From NCBI GenBank assembly GCA_951406725.2, contig OX597823.1:63116001-63180000 (forward strand): DNA of 64,000 nucleotides. Reading direction: 5' to 3'. The stretch is from Octopus vulgaris (Eukaryota). The notes under the pieces are model-generated. The model saw nothing but the letters and a program-made list of their open reading frames with translations. It searched no databases and was not told the DNA's origin. Numbering within the stretch: the first letter of the stretch is position 1; each line of letters opens with the position of its first letter. Shown here piece after piece: positions 48,419 to 61,753 of the stretch. The position numbers and the translations under genes were made by a program.

Positions 48419-49957
48419 ATATATGTGTGTGTGTGTGTGTGTATGACAGACTTCTTTCAGTTTCCAACTACTAAATCCATTCACCAGGCTTTGGCCAGCC
48501 CAAGGCTATAGTGGAAGACACTTGCCCAAAATTCCACACAGTGGGGCTAATCCCAGAGCCATGTGGTTGGGAAGTAAACTTCTTGTAGACAGATTTTTTA
48601 TTTTCTGTTTTGTCAGAGTGTCCATCAAACCCCTATGCCCTACCTTACACCAGCGTGAAATTCTAGTGTAGTGATATCAGCTCAGTTATCAATGCTCTGA
48701 CCATTGTTCTTCTGTAAGTTAATCCGGGGTGGGGTAGGGGAGAACATGTTCAGTGGCCATGACTTTTGTAGACCCTCCCAAAATGCTAGGATCAGTGCAA
48801 CTAAAAATCCAACCAATGTCCTTCAGAGAAGAAGAAAAATTGTGGGGGAAGGAATGAAGTCTGTTCAAAATTCTTCAATGAAAAGATCTTCTCTGGAGGT
48901 TGTTGTTTAACCCAGGTCAACTCTGATTGAGTAAACTTATCCTCTGACATTCCAACCATGACCACATGGTTTTCTTGTATTGCCTTGTGAAATGTGTCCT
49001 TCCTTGTTTTTTAACTCCTGGTCAGCCTTGACTTAGCAAACCTGCAGTTAGAGGCTCGTTTGCTATGATCATTCACTCCTTCTGTCAAGTATTGTGTACC
49101 TGGGACTATGTTGTTCAGTGTATCCTTTTTATTTCAAGACTGTATACTGAGTTGATCTGAAGGAGATTTGGCTCCTATTTTTAGTAGGTCAATGTTGTTA
49201 CCATTGAGAGAAGAGAATCTTGTTGATTTTTTTTTTTTTTTTTTTTTTTGTAATGACTCACTCAGAGGAGGAAAAATGTTGCTCATGACCAGTTTAAATG
49301 TCCTTGAGACAGGTCAGTGAGAAAGAAGGAATCTTCAGGCTGAACACTTAGCTTGAATGCTGGCCAGAGTAGACCCAACTGAAAGCATGGCGGGTCAGGG
49401 GTGTTGGGAGTGGTATTAAACCTAGCAGCAGATTAACTTCACCCCAGACATTTGTAAAATATCTAACCACACCCAAAGTGGATCTAGAAGGAAAACATGA
49501 TCATTATGCTGATCTTAACTTCTTTGGAATGGTTGTGATATTGGCTCTTCTCTTTTTTTTTTTTTTCATTTAAAAATTGTTCTACTTATTTATTTTTCAG
49601 CAAATGATTTATGTGTGTATCATGTTGAAATTTTCACTGAGATTGGTGTTTATGAAATGAGATATGTTTCGTGCTCTTTTTTTTTTTTTTATTTCTCTCC
49701 TTCTTTCTTTTCCGTTGCCTACATTTCTCTCATTGAAATTTTAGGAAGTTTTATTGTACTTTACAAAGTTAAAAAATTGTTATAAATTGAGAGAGTTTAA
49801 GTATCAGAGACTGTTGCTTTTACAAATATGTATGTGACTGTGTGGTAAAGAAGCTTCCTGTGTCTTCTACTATAGCCCTGGGCTGATCAAAGCCTTGTGA
49901 GTGGATTTGGTACACAGAAAGTGATAAAAGCCCATTGTGTGTGTATAATATATATTA

Positions 49958-50572
49958 ATCATCATCATCCTTTAATGTCTGTTTTCCATGCTGGCATGGG
50001 TTGGACAGTTTGAGCAGAACTGACAAACCAGAGAGCTGCATCAAGTTCCAGTCTGATTTGGCTTGGTTTCTATGGCTGGATGCCCTTCCTAACACCAACC
50101 ACTTTACAGTGTGTGCTGGATATTTTTACATGGCACCAGCATGGGCACTTTTACATGCTGCTGGCTCAGGAGCATTTACATGTCAGTGGCATGGGTGCTT
50201 TGTGTGGGGCACCAGCACAGGGCTCTTGTAGGCCAATCCTCTTCAGTAGGGGAAGTGGTATTGAAACTTCTGCTGTGGAGGATGGGTCTTCTTGAGTATG
50301 ACAAGGTGCCAGATGTCTCGGTCCCTTATCATCTATCATCTCCTCCTTAAGGTCCAATGTCCTGAGATCATTCTTCTGTACTTCGTCCTGTGTCTTCCAG
50401 GGTCTCCCCCACACAAGTTCCATCTACTTTGAGTTATCTGCACTTCTTTATAGAGCTGTCAGCATCCATCCACATCACATGACCAAACCAGCACAGTCTT
50501 CTATCTTGTACACTGCGTCTAATTCCTCTTATGCCTAACTTTTCTCTCAACACATTAGCACTCTGTTGCACA

Positions 50573-50573
<1 letters not shown>
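49958..50573 (-). mobile_element. RTE-like LINE 3' end with ORF remnant and 3' UTR
   Basis: LREKLGIRGI..RRLCWFGHVMWMD..IKKCR..GRPWKT.DEV..DLR.L, followed by the common aggaagggcatccagc segment and (GAT)n tail. Confidence 0.87.
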
Positions 50574-50627
<54 letters not shown>

Positions 50628-50678
50628 TTACACACATGCATGATGGTAACTGAAAGAAACCTGTTGTATATACATATA

Positions 50679-50712
50679 CTAGCAGACATACCTGGTGTTG
50701 CTCGGGATTTAA
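50679..50712 (-). mobile_element. Helitron 3' terminus
   Basis: Reverse complement cccgagcaacaccaggtatgtctgCTAG|t matches the 3' end at 56365-56392. Confidence 0.7.
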
Positions 50713-51212
50713 ATGGCATATATGTGATACAGAGAAGTGCAGCATTGACAACAAAACATTTGTGGAGTAAATGAATGGCTAATTCAACTAAGTGACATGT
50801 CATGTGTCTGTTTGGGAGATTCCAGGCCCTAACCTTGTCATGAAAAAGTGGGTGGTGGGAACTATATCTATGTGATAAATTAAGCCTGTGGGCAAGCTCA
50901 ATAGTACCATGAGAGAAATCTACACAAGAAAAATTATGAGCTTGAAAGCACACTGTCGTGATATTTCGGTTTGAAATCTATAGTCACGACTAAATCTTGG
51001 TAGTTATTTACATCATATACTGAGTCCTTCCTTCATTTGTTCTTAAGTCATTAAGAAAACATCATCATTATCATCGTTTTATGTCTGTCTTCCATAATGG
51101 GCTAGGCTGGACAGGTATTAGATCTCTTTTACAGTTTTTCCCTTTTTCTTTCATTATTTATCTCAGTAGCTTCTGTTGTCTGTCTTACATCTGTTTGTCT
51201 GTCTCATGGTCA

Positions 51213-51770
51213 CTGGCTGTCTCACTTGCTCCCCACTGTTGACTGTTTTGCTCACTCCCCTCTTGTTGGCTGTCTCACTTGTTCCCCTCTTGTTGACTGT
51301 TTTGCTCACTCCCCTCATGTTGGCTGTCTCACTGGTTCCCCTCGTGTTGGCTGTCTCACTTGTTCCCCTCGTGTTGGCTGTCTCACTTGTTCCCCTCGTG
51401 TTGGCTGTCTCACTTGTTCCCCTCGTGTTGGCTGTCTCACTTGTTTCCCTCTTGTTGGCTGTCTCACTTGTTTCCCTCTTGTTGGCTGTCTCACTTGTTC
51501 CCCTTGTGTTGGCTGTCTCACTTGTTCCCCTCGTGTTGGCTGTCTCACTTGTTCCCCTCTTGTTGGCTGTCTCACTTGTTCCCCTCTTGTTGGCTGTCTC
51601 ACTTGTTCCCCTCTTGTTGGCTGTCTCACTTGTTCCCCTCGTGTTGGCTGTCTCACTTGTTCCCCTCTTGTTGACTGTTTTGCTCACTCCCCTCGTGTTG
51701 GCCGTCTCACTTGTTCCCTTCTTGGCTGTCTCACTTGTTCCCCTCTTGTTGACTGTTTTGCTCACTCCAC
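51213..51770. repeat. 27-bp minisatellite (GTTGGCTGTCTCACTTGTTCCCCTCGT)n
   Basis: About 20 units; 9-aa periodicity in every frame. Confidence 0.96.
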
Positions 51771-54244
51771 TCTGTTGGTTGATTCACTTGCATCTCTTTC
51801 TTATCTGTCACATCTACTTAATTGAACTAAATAACGAACTTGTTGTTTGTTTCAATCACCTTTTAATCTAATAACTAATTGAAACACCACCCATCTCTTT
51901 CAATAGCTGCTGCCATATCTTCTCACACACTTATCTACACATCGTAGAATATCTTTCCATAACGGAGCAATAATTCAAAGATGCTGCTATTGTTTTGGTA
52001 TATTTCCAATCTCAAGCACATAGTCAATCAATATAGAGAACTGTTTTTGCTTGCAATAAAATTCATTCATACAAAAAACAAAACAAAAAAAAATGCTTTT
52101 ATTCTCTTACATGTATTAACTACACTTTAAGAAATAAAGTCTGGGGCAGAATTAGTAACCAAACAGTGATAACTGTGATATGTTGTTGCATGGCTGGAGA
52201 CTGAAGTACTACAGATGCAATATGTTATATGACTGTGGAACATGAAGTCTTAACAATGAGGTATGTTGTAACTGAAAGCTTGAAGATGAGAAAGGTTGTA
52301 TGGCAATACTACATGGACTGTAAAGACTGGAATATTGTTGTTAGAAAGAGAGACAAATTATCTGCAAGTTTGAGCTATCATCATCATCTTTGTTGTTATC
52401 ATCATCTTTTCTCCATGCTGTCATGAGTGGGACAGTTTTACAGGATTCAGTGATCTGAAGAGCTGGACCTAGTTCCAGTGTCAGCTTTGTCATGGTTTTC
52501 TATGGTTGAATACCCTTCCTAATGCTGACTACATTGCAGTGTATACCGGGTGCTTTTTCCATACCACCAGCACTTGTGAGGTTGCCAAAGCAACTTGCAT
52601 GACACACACACACACAAAAAAAAGAGGACAAGGAAAAAGCTTCTGCTACTAAGTGGGCATGTGGTGGTGGTGGTGGTTGGTGTTATTTGAGGTAGCTTTA
52701 GGCAAGGAGGTGAAAGGCTGAAAGTATGAGAGAGGGACATGCATAGGTGTCTTGCTATAGAGGAGATACATAGAAGCCCAAGCCCATGGTAGGAGTAGAT
52801 GAGAGGGAGATGAAAGTAGTGAAGGAGTGCCAAAGTGAACTCTTATGGAAGATACAAGAAGGTGAGCAGAAGAGAGGAAATAGACTGTAGGTTATGGGAG
52901 GTGAAGTGAGAGAGAGAGAGAGAGGGTATGTGTGTGAATACTTTGATATACTAAAGAGAAAACAGTCTTGCGCTCTGTTTATGACCTCATGCAAGTACAA
53001 TAATAAGTTAAGGATACATGTGTCAAAAAAAAGGTCAACTTTCAGTCTTCTTAGCTGATGAACTGGCTAATTTTTTTTTAGATTCTTGAGTTGACAGTTG
53101 CTTCATAATTCCTTCTTGATAACCAAACACTTGACCAGTGAAACAAATGTCAAGTGTTATTGTCATTGTGATAGGTTCATGGACACTTAGGAACCAAACC
53201 CCACTGAAACAAAAACTTATTGACAACGTATTAGTAATTAGCTCAGTTTTTTTTTTTTTTTTCAGAGAAGAATGACCCTTCACAATGATATATTTTAATT
53301 CGGATTGATGTTCAAATCTGTGTTATGTTTAAGCAATACAATGGGCTTTTGTGTTTCAAAGACAAAAACTACTCTTTAGCCTTATATCATTATAATAATT
53401 TATGTAAATATTGACCCTGTGATTTCACTTTAATACTGTTACTGTCAGTGTTTGATTTAAAATAATTAACCACAATGTAATCCCAGTGGCCCCCACTGTC
53501 ACTGAATACTGCATTATCACAATATAAACACTACAACACACACACACAGTCACCACACAGCACAATATAAACACTACATCTCTCCGGCACCCACATACAT
53601 ACATACCATTTTACCACGATGTAAGAACTACTGTGTGCATGTGCATATGCTCTCACTGTTACCACACAATGCATCACTACAAAATTGGCCCTTAAATTTC
53701 ACTGCACTGTATTACTAGAAAACACGTTGGATCATGTTCTGGGTTCCTTGCACATACAAAAAAAAAAAAAAAGATGGTCTAAGTTGGAATGCCTTATCCT
53801 AGCTTTACTCACTCTCAGTTAACCTGGGCTAAGCAGCATCAACAACAGCCATCTCTCAAAGTTCTGTATTAATTAACCACTTTCCTTAATCCTTTCTTCT
53901 CACTTAACCTATCAAACTTAGTCTTCTAGACTAAGTTTTTTTCTACTTACTGGGTCTGGAGAAAGAGGAAGTGCCTGTGACCTTTGGATAGCTATCAAAG
54001 ACTAATGATGTAGACGCCATTCATGTTCCTCTTAAAATTTTGGAGGTCAACACTTGTAAGAAAGACATGATACACAGGCATAGAATATTCTGAGGAAAAA
54101 GGAGTGCATTGAAGATATTTGTACAAGGCTATTAAGTACGGGGTTGGACACAACTAGAGTGATGAAAAGAGAGAGAAGTAGGTCAGAAATGCATGAGTAA
54201 AGATGGCAGAAGCCCATCCAACTTTAGGAGTAGAGGGCATTATA

Positions 54245-55534
54245 TCAGGTCATCCCATAAGTTCTGTCTGATTTTACCTTTTTTAAAATTTAATGAAATT
54301 TGATAGTATTTTAGAATGTCTAACGGAATTTAAAAATTATTTTTATGCATTTGTGTACATTTAAACTAATTAAATATTATTTTACAGAATAATAGAATTA
54401 AAATTTCTTTGATTAATACCTTTTCTAACATGGAAGTATCCAAAGAGCATTTGAGGCACATAATGCTTTATGAATACAAAAAAGGAAACTCTGCTGCCGA
54501 AGCAACTCAAAACATACACTCAGTTTATGGGACAGGATGCTTGAATGAAAGAACTTGCAGAAGATGGTTTGCAAAATTCAGAAGTGGAGATTTCAGCCTT
54601 GAAAATGAAGATTGAACAGGATGTCCAGTTGAGTTTGATGATAAGCTCCTTGAGGCATTACTTGAAGAAAATCCTGCATTATCAGTTGAAGAATTGGCAA
54701 TAAAGCTTAGTTCAAGCCATACAACTGTTCATTGTCATCTTCAACAACTTGGAAAGGTTCCTAAACCTGGAAAATGGGTGCCTCATGAATTGTCTGAAAG
54801 CAGCCACAAATCCCGAGTTGACATCTGTTCTTCTCTCCATTCTCACAAACTTATTTCACTCTTTTTGGATAGACTTCTGACTGGTGAGAGAAAATGGATC
54901 TTCTATTGAAATGTTAAACATTGTAAACAGTAGCTTGATAAAAGGGAAAAAGCTCAACCACAACCAAGAAGGGAACTTCATGGAAGAAAAGTTCTTCTCT
55001 CTATCTGGTGGGATTGCAAAGGAGTAATTCACTTTGAATTGTTACTACATAATACAACAATCAATGCTCAGGTCTACTGTCAGCAATTAGAGCGTTTGAA
55101 CCAAACTTTGAAGGAAAAAAAGACCCGCTTTAGTGAATCGAAAAGGAGTGATGCTTCATCAGGACAATGCGCGACCCCACACTGCAAAGATCACATCACA
55201 GAAGATCGATGAGTTTGTTTGGGAAAAAATTCCTCATCCACCTTATTCTCCTGACGTCGCTCCTTCAGACTACCATTTGTTTTGTAGTTTACAGAATCAT
55301 TTGGGACACATAACTTTCGCAAGCCAGGAGGAGGTTGAAACTGACATTTCAGTGTTCTTCTCTTTGAAACCAAAAGAGTTTTACATTGATGGGATTAAAA
55401 AGCTTGTAAATAGATGGAAGGAAGTCACAGATAATCAGGGAAAGTACATTGATGATTAAATTTCAATTAAATATAACATTTGATCACTTGTTTTCTTTAT
55501 TCCAAATTTTGACAGAACTTATGGGATGATCTGA
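54245..55534 (+). mobile_element. Full-length inactive mariner transposon (~1.29 kb)
   Basis: TA|TCAGGTCATCCCATAAGTTCTGTC...GACAGAACTTATGGGATGATCTGA|TA TIRs with TA TSD. Confidence 0.96.
54430..55459 (+). pseudogene. Mariner DD34D-type transposase pseudogene
   Basis: HTH region RRWFAKFRSGDFSL, WVPHEL, QDNARPH, HPPYSPDVAPSDYHLF; several stops, one frameshift, first D motif mutated (TGERKW). Confidence 0.95.
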
Positions 55535-56008
55535 TATACTAGTTCTAGAGTAAGGTTTATGGGCCAGAAGCTGGAGTATGTTTGTAAATTGTTAAGTTTT
55601 ATCTTTATTCTGATGATATTCTAGTGAATGCGGGATGAATTATTATGTAAATCTCACCTTATATCCACCATCAATGAGTGCATCACTGAAATCATTCTCT
55701 CCGTCATCAATATCCTGTTGGGTGACTTGCCTGAACCAGTACAACTCTTACATGCTAGACATCCTAATCAAGCACTGCGACATGAACATCTGGTTTGGCT
55801 TTTAATCACATTGGTCTTTTGCTAATTGAAATGTCTCATCTGTGCACACTATGACCACAGATGATAGCAGCAGTTCGCTAACTGAACTGGTTGATCCTGG
55901 CTTTTAACTTTTTGTTGTCTGTTCAGTATCTAATGATATTTGACATTCACTCAATAAGTTTGCATCCCATGGTTTCAACATACCCTGGCCCTGGTGGTTA
56001 TATGCTAA

Positions 56009-56392
56009 TCTCTCTCTATATAAACGGCAGTTTGTCTGTGTGTGTTTCTGTATGTCTGTTAGGTTGTACCCTCACCCTGACCACGGCTTTCAACCGATTC
56101 TGATGAAACTTAACAAACACATAGCCCAATGTCATAATTCAAAACTAATGCAGAGAAAATTTTGAAAAGTTCCCCCAGTTCTGAAAAAAATCGATAAATT
56201 CGACATGGGGTCGAGAATCAAAAACACAAACCACAGACTGTCTAGGGGACGCAACTCGACCGTTTTAACTCTCAAAAAAAAATTACCATAATTTTTTTCC
56301 CATTTTTTTGCTATTTTTTGGCTATAACTCTCTAAAAATGCTTTATAGTTATTTCCCTTACAAACCCGAGCAACGCCGGGCGATACTGCTAG
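56009..56392 (+). mobile_element. Non-autonomous Helitron, longer copy
   Basis: A|TC...CCCG-agcaacgc-CGGG..CTAG|T. Confidence 0.92.
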
Positions 56393-57701
56393 TTAACCTA
56401 TAACTGGTACCTGGACAGCTATAGACCTGGGAACAATAGAGGCTAAGAGGTGACTCCACACTTCCCAAATCCCAAGAGCTCCTCTCTCATATACCACCAA
56501 AATATTCAGACAAACCCTTTGAAGTTAGAAATCATTTTGTTCTATTCTTTACTTTGGTCTTCCTTTTCGCTTAATTTATTTTTTTTTTGCATAATCTTCA
56601 TGTAATTTTTCACATTTCCTTTTTCTTCAGTTTTTTTCCATTTTAATTTATAAAAGAAAGTATTAAGTTTTAGTGTTTCAGCTTTATCTATCTTACTACT
56701 CAGACACATGCATACACGTGCACCCACATATATGCACATACATACACATGCATGTGTACACCCACATGCTCGGCACTATAGATGTAGGTTGTAATTAGTC
56801 ATGTATGCAAAATAATTATGCAAAGCCTATCATGAATTGTAATTACTCATATACTTAAAATTTACACACACACACACATACATACATATGCTCACATGCA
56901 AAATTTTCTATGCTCTGCAGTTGAAAATGGCATTTATGACAACATTGTTAATAAAGCATTTCGCAACCGCCAAGCAGTGTTATAATTAGGTTTGTGGAGT
57001 TGGAGTGCCAGAAGTAATTAGTGGGTTACTGAAGTTAGTCGGTAAAACTGTACCCTCCAACTAATTGTAAAATGTAATATAATGCGTCACAACTTCTAAT
57101 TTCTTGGATGCTAATTTGAAAATAATCAAGCCAGATTTAATTGGTTTTATAAAGGAGGATCTGGTGAAATGAATTTTGGTTTTCAAGAAAAGGATGTTAA
57201 AAAAATTTGTGATTTTGATTTTTGATTTAATAGCTGTTTCTATAGACCCAGTTTCTTTCTTATAAATTTTGTAAGGAGAATCTTTTCAATCTTTACAGTA
57301 TAAATCCTATTTGATTTAACGCTATCTATTCCACAAACACTTGTAAGCGTCTCTTATTTGTTGCTGTGAAATCCCATATGGCCAGTTAAAAGACACATGA
57401 GCATCTCTGGGATTTCACAATATAGCAAGTAGGGCACGCATAAACATCTCTGAAATTCTACAGCTGTCTGGGAGTGATGCATTTATGCACCACTGGGAAT
57501 TTCATAACTGTAGATAAAAGTCGCTAATGTGTGCATCTATGGTATGGATGGTATTAATGTACTCTTTCATGTTACATTGACTTCAGTTTTATCTTCAATA
57601 TTGTAGTTTTGAAAAGGAAGGGTTATATATTTGAAATAGTTTATATCTTTTTAAATGGCCATTTGTTAAGTTGCTTTTGGTGTTCAATTTGATGTGTTTA
57701 A

Positions 57702-57922
57702 CCCTTTAGTGTTCGCATTATTCTGCCAAAATTAATGCTTCTTCATCTACATTGTTTTGAATTAATCATGCATTATCTTGTAGCTATGAGATTTTGATGA
57801 GGTAGCTGTTAATTTTTAAAACGATATTGTAGGGTTGGTGTGAGAGACCAGATCTGGCCAGTTTGACCATAAAACAGGCAGAATTCTTTTGGCCGGATAT
57901 GGCCAGTTTCAATGCTAAAGGG
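57702..57922. mobile_element. TTAA-flanked MITE, family 2, copy 2
   Basis: TTAA|CCCTTTAGTGTT...AATGCTAAAGGG|TTAA. Confidence 0.88.
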
Positions 57923-58624
57923 TTAAGGTTTTTTGAATTGGTAGACCAAGATAAACCTGATGTTCTTTTAGTTTATATCTTTTATATTTTTACTTTATAG
58001 CCTTTTGATGAAAGCATCATTATTATTTTCTCTCTAACTTTCAAAGTTTTGTCTCATGTTTGTGGCCCTCTCCTCCTATCCAATCCTCTTTTCTACCTAC
58101 ATAGCCCTTCCTATTACTAGAGCTTCTGTCCTTATTCATTTTCTTCATCTTCCGTTTGCCACAAATGTTCTTCTTGGAATTTGAACACAAAGCAAAGAGT
58201 GCGAACAAATATTCCAATACATCCTGTCTACAGCTCCAACAGTTCTGCCTGTCTACAACCCACAACTGATATTTTTATTTATCAAACTATCTCCTCATTA
58301 TTGAGGTCAAATTCTGCCAGAATTAAATGTTCAAGTTTGTGTATTTTGAGACCTGTGAAGCAAGTATCTTAGTCTTGGGTTTGTGACAAGCTTACAGGTT
58401 CATTAGGCCAGACCTTATCTTGATTTCTAATGTGTTTGAGTGACCAAGGTAAATACCCACTCACTCCTGAGCAGGGCACTGGTCTATCTTCGGGTAGATA
58501 CTTCTGCTGTTGCTGGCACTACTCATTTTCAGCTGAGTGGATTGGAACAGTCATTTGGTTTTAACATGTTTTTTTTTATGCTGCAGGTTTTTTTTTCTTT
58601 AAAAGAATTTTATATATATATATA

Positions 58625-58875
58625 TCATCATCATCATCATCATCATCATCGTTTAACGTCCGTTTTCCGCGCTAGCACGGGTTGGACGGTTTCGACTGGG
58701 GTCTGGGGAGCTAGGGACTGCCCCAGGCTCCAGTCTAGTCTGGCAGTGTTTCTACAGCTGGATGCCCTTCCTAACGCCAACCACTCCACGAGTGTAGTGG
58801 GTGTTCTTTACGTGCCACCTGCACAGGTGCCAGAGGGGTCTGGCATCGGCCACGTTCGGATGGTGCTTTTTATGT
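58625..58875 (-). mobile_element. RTE-associated 3' segment, young copy
   Basis: (CAT)n cgtttaacgtccg..ggatgcccttcctaacgccaacc. Confidence 0.87.
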
Positions 58876-59199
58876 GGGAGGGGGGGGGCAGAAATATAGG
58901 GGAGCACCAGTGGGGAGGGGTGGTTCAGAGAAATGGTGACAGGTTCTAGGCAAATAGAACGTAGGATATCAAGAGGGTAATGCATGGTGAAATAGCGTAT
59001 TGAGGAGGGGGGTTCGAAGAGTAGACACCTATAATGGTGGTGATATATATACATACAGAACCAATGTAAAAATCCATATTACACACATACATACACTTAC
59101 AAAATATACATCTACTGAATAAGTTCTAATGAAATGTCTTCCACATCATATTGATACATAACAAAGTTTCACAGTAATATTTTTGTTCAGTATGAAACC

Positions 59200-60270
59200 T
59201 GGAGTAAATAACATTCAATTGTTCTATGATTTGGTTCTCTGATGAAAAAAAAAAGTCTTCTTGGCCCACCACATCAACATTCAATATACAACTGACCACA
59301 AAAGAAATGTGGACTTGTAGAAACCCCAAAGACTGTCCCTGAGACTTGATGATGACCACAAAAACATGTGTCACTGGAAAACTGCATGAGAACTTCTGGT
59401 CAGATGAAAGAAATGAGTGGAATGAAAGCATCTCTTCCCCTGACAAAACCAGTCATAATGGTGGCTTTCATTACATGAAGCATAAAAGAGTTGTCAGCAA
59501 CTCTTGTATAGTAATAGTGATGCAGTACATCTAAATATCCTTGCAACATTCCTGCATTCATTTCGGGATTGTAAGGAGAGACCACAATGGAATGAAGAGA
59601 ATTGAGTGATTCTGTTGGATAACTACCAACAATGCTAACATCAACTAGTGAGAACAGATTTTGACAGATACCTGCTGTATGACAATAGCATTGATATCCT
59701 GCAGAGTGTCACTTTAGGAGCTAGGATGGCATGTTCGGAAAGCCAGTCATGGTTTCTATAATTCTGTGGGAATCTAGAATAAATATTCAGTAGTATGTCT
59801 CGAGATGTATTCACAACTGTTTCATAATATTTATTGGCATTTTGACATCTCCATTTACAGTGTCAAATGGTAAGTGACCATTGCCCCCAGCTGAAGGAAA
59901 ACCTTGGAACACTGGGTTACTTGGACATCTCTATTAAGTGCAACTCCCAAGTTGGTAGAAAGAAGTCTTTTAACTCTTCTCATATCACAGGATGCCTTCA
60001 GACATGCTTTCAACTTATCAGCAGGTGTCCCCTTTACAATCAGAATTTGAACTCAAATCCCTAGACAGCATGACTGTAACGAGGCAAATGATGTTGGTGT
60101 TATGTCTGACAATTAGTCAGGTGCAAAAGAGAACCACAACAGCAACAACATGACACGTTGTGCACTCATACTGTTCAGCCTGGTCTGTTCAAAACATTTC
60201 AATTCATTGTCAATATTAAATACAAGACTGCCATTGTGTGCCTCGTTGACTGGCAGCTGAAAAGCAGCTT
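59200..60270 (-). pseudogene. Decayed Helitron RepHel PIF1-type helicase (C-terminal part)
   Basis: Manual frameshifted translation gives motifs in order: AFQLPVN, YECTTCH (~WDECTMSH), VTVMLSRD, GTPADKLKACLKAS, LSTNLGV (~LTTNMRV), NHDWLSEHAILAPK, HVMKATIMTG..FIP, FPV..KSQGQSL, GQLYI.C. Confidence 0.85.
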
Positions 60271-61322
60271 AATAACCAAGAAAGATTCCCAAAATTATTA
60301 TGAATTACTTAATCGCTATTAAAATCTATCACAAGAGGAAAGCTTTTAACTCTCAGATATTAATGACTAGTCCAAAATATATCTTAAACACAGATATATT
60401 AGGCTTTAAAGATGCTTTTAAAGGGAAAACCAGTTAGTTAACAGACATAATATATTCAAGATGGATGGTGTTTGTAAATTATGTTTTAAATCAGAATGTA
60501 CATAAGAGGGAGCATCTGTGAAGTTCAAGACAAACAAATACTGCAGGGTGTTTGTGTTTTAAAGAATTTACTTATCAGTTTTCTTGCAAATTTTTTAATC
60601 TTTTGCTTTTGCTACCACTCACAGACAAACAAATATGAAACGAGAAACCTCTAAAAAAATGTATCCATTTTTGTGGAAAACATAATTATTTCTAGCATTT
60701 ATATTCTGAAATGTGAAGTTTATTTAAGTAATTGTTGAATAAACTTCACTGACCAAACACTAAATGATTTATTTGAAACACATTACAAAACAGACACCAT
60801 TCAAACAGGAATTATTTGTAAGGAAATCAGAAATAAAAGAACTGCCATAAAATATATCCAGAATTCTCAACAAAGTTTTAAAATATCCAGTTTGGGGGAA
60901 ATTATTCAAATTATATTCTGTACAAGCTTTCAATTTCTTTAATTATCAATAAATACAAAAGACAAACGAAGCCTCAACCAGATCTAATATGGCCACCATT
61001 ACAATATAACATTTTGGTGTCAGAATACAGTTATAAATAAAATCATTATTTCACATAATTTGAATAAATAATATGGAATAACAAACTTACCTTCATTGTG
61101 TAAAATCCTTTGTTGTATAAACTGTGACTTGGTCCCAATGTTCTGTTGTTAATGGTTGTCTGTGTCACTGCTGCTATGGTGTGACAATGGCTTCATGTTG
61201 ATGGAATAGTGTTGGTGGTGAGTCAGTGGGAACCAGCAGTTCCCTCTCAGTCTTCCTTTGTGGATGTGTGGTGTTTAGTGTGTGTGTGTGTGTGAGTGTG
61301 TATATATATATATATATATATA

Positions 61323-61487
61323 GGCGCAGGAGTGGCTGTGTGGTAAGTAGCTTGTTTACCAACCACATGGTTCCGGGTTCAGTCCCACTGCGTGGCACCT
61401 TGGGTAAGTGTCTTCTACTATAGCCTCGGGCCGACCAAAGCCTTGTGAGCGAATTTGGTAGACGGGAACTGAAAGAAGCCCGTTGTA

Positions 61488-61526
<39 letters not shown>

Positions 61527-61753
61527 ATATATGTATGTGCGTGTGTGTTTGTGTGTCTGTGTTTGTCCCCCTAGCATTTCTTGACAACCGATGCTGGTGT
61601 GTTTACGTCCCCGTCACTTAGTGGTTCGGCAAAAGAGACCGATAGAATAAGCACTGGGCTTACAAAGAATAAGTCCCGGTGTCGATTTGCTCGACTAAAG
61701 GCAGTGCTCCAGCATGGCCGCAGTCAACTGACTGAAACAAGTAAAAGAGTAAA
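61323..61753 (+). mobile_element. tRNA-derived SINE family A, full-length reference copy (CORE-like motif, internal microsatellite)
   Basis: A box tggctgtgtggtaag, B-box-like ggttcagtccc, accttgggtaagtgtctt, central (TA/TG)n, tail gactgaaacaagtaaaagag; many further copies and fragments in the window. Confidence 0.95.

Larger units (their letters stand above)
47876..48583 (-). mobile_element. SINE family A split by an insertion in its internal microsatellite
   Basis: 3' half at 47876-48095 and 5' half at 48443-48583. Confidence 0.85.

Noticed and set aside
51163-51871. 200-231 aa repetitive ORFs (TANTRGTSE)n as a mucin-like exon
   Set aside because: The 27-bp unit is stop-free in most frames on both strands; no linked exons or domains. 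Cannot be excluded without RNA data.
54430-55459. Active or domesticated mariner transposase
   Set aside because: Multiple stops, a frameshift and a mutated first catalytic Asp motif.
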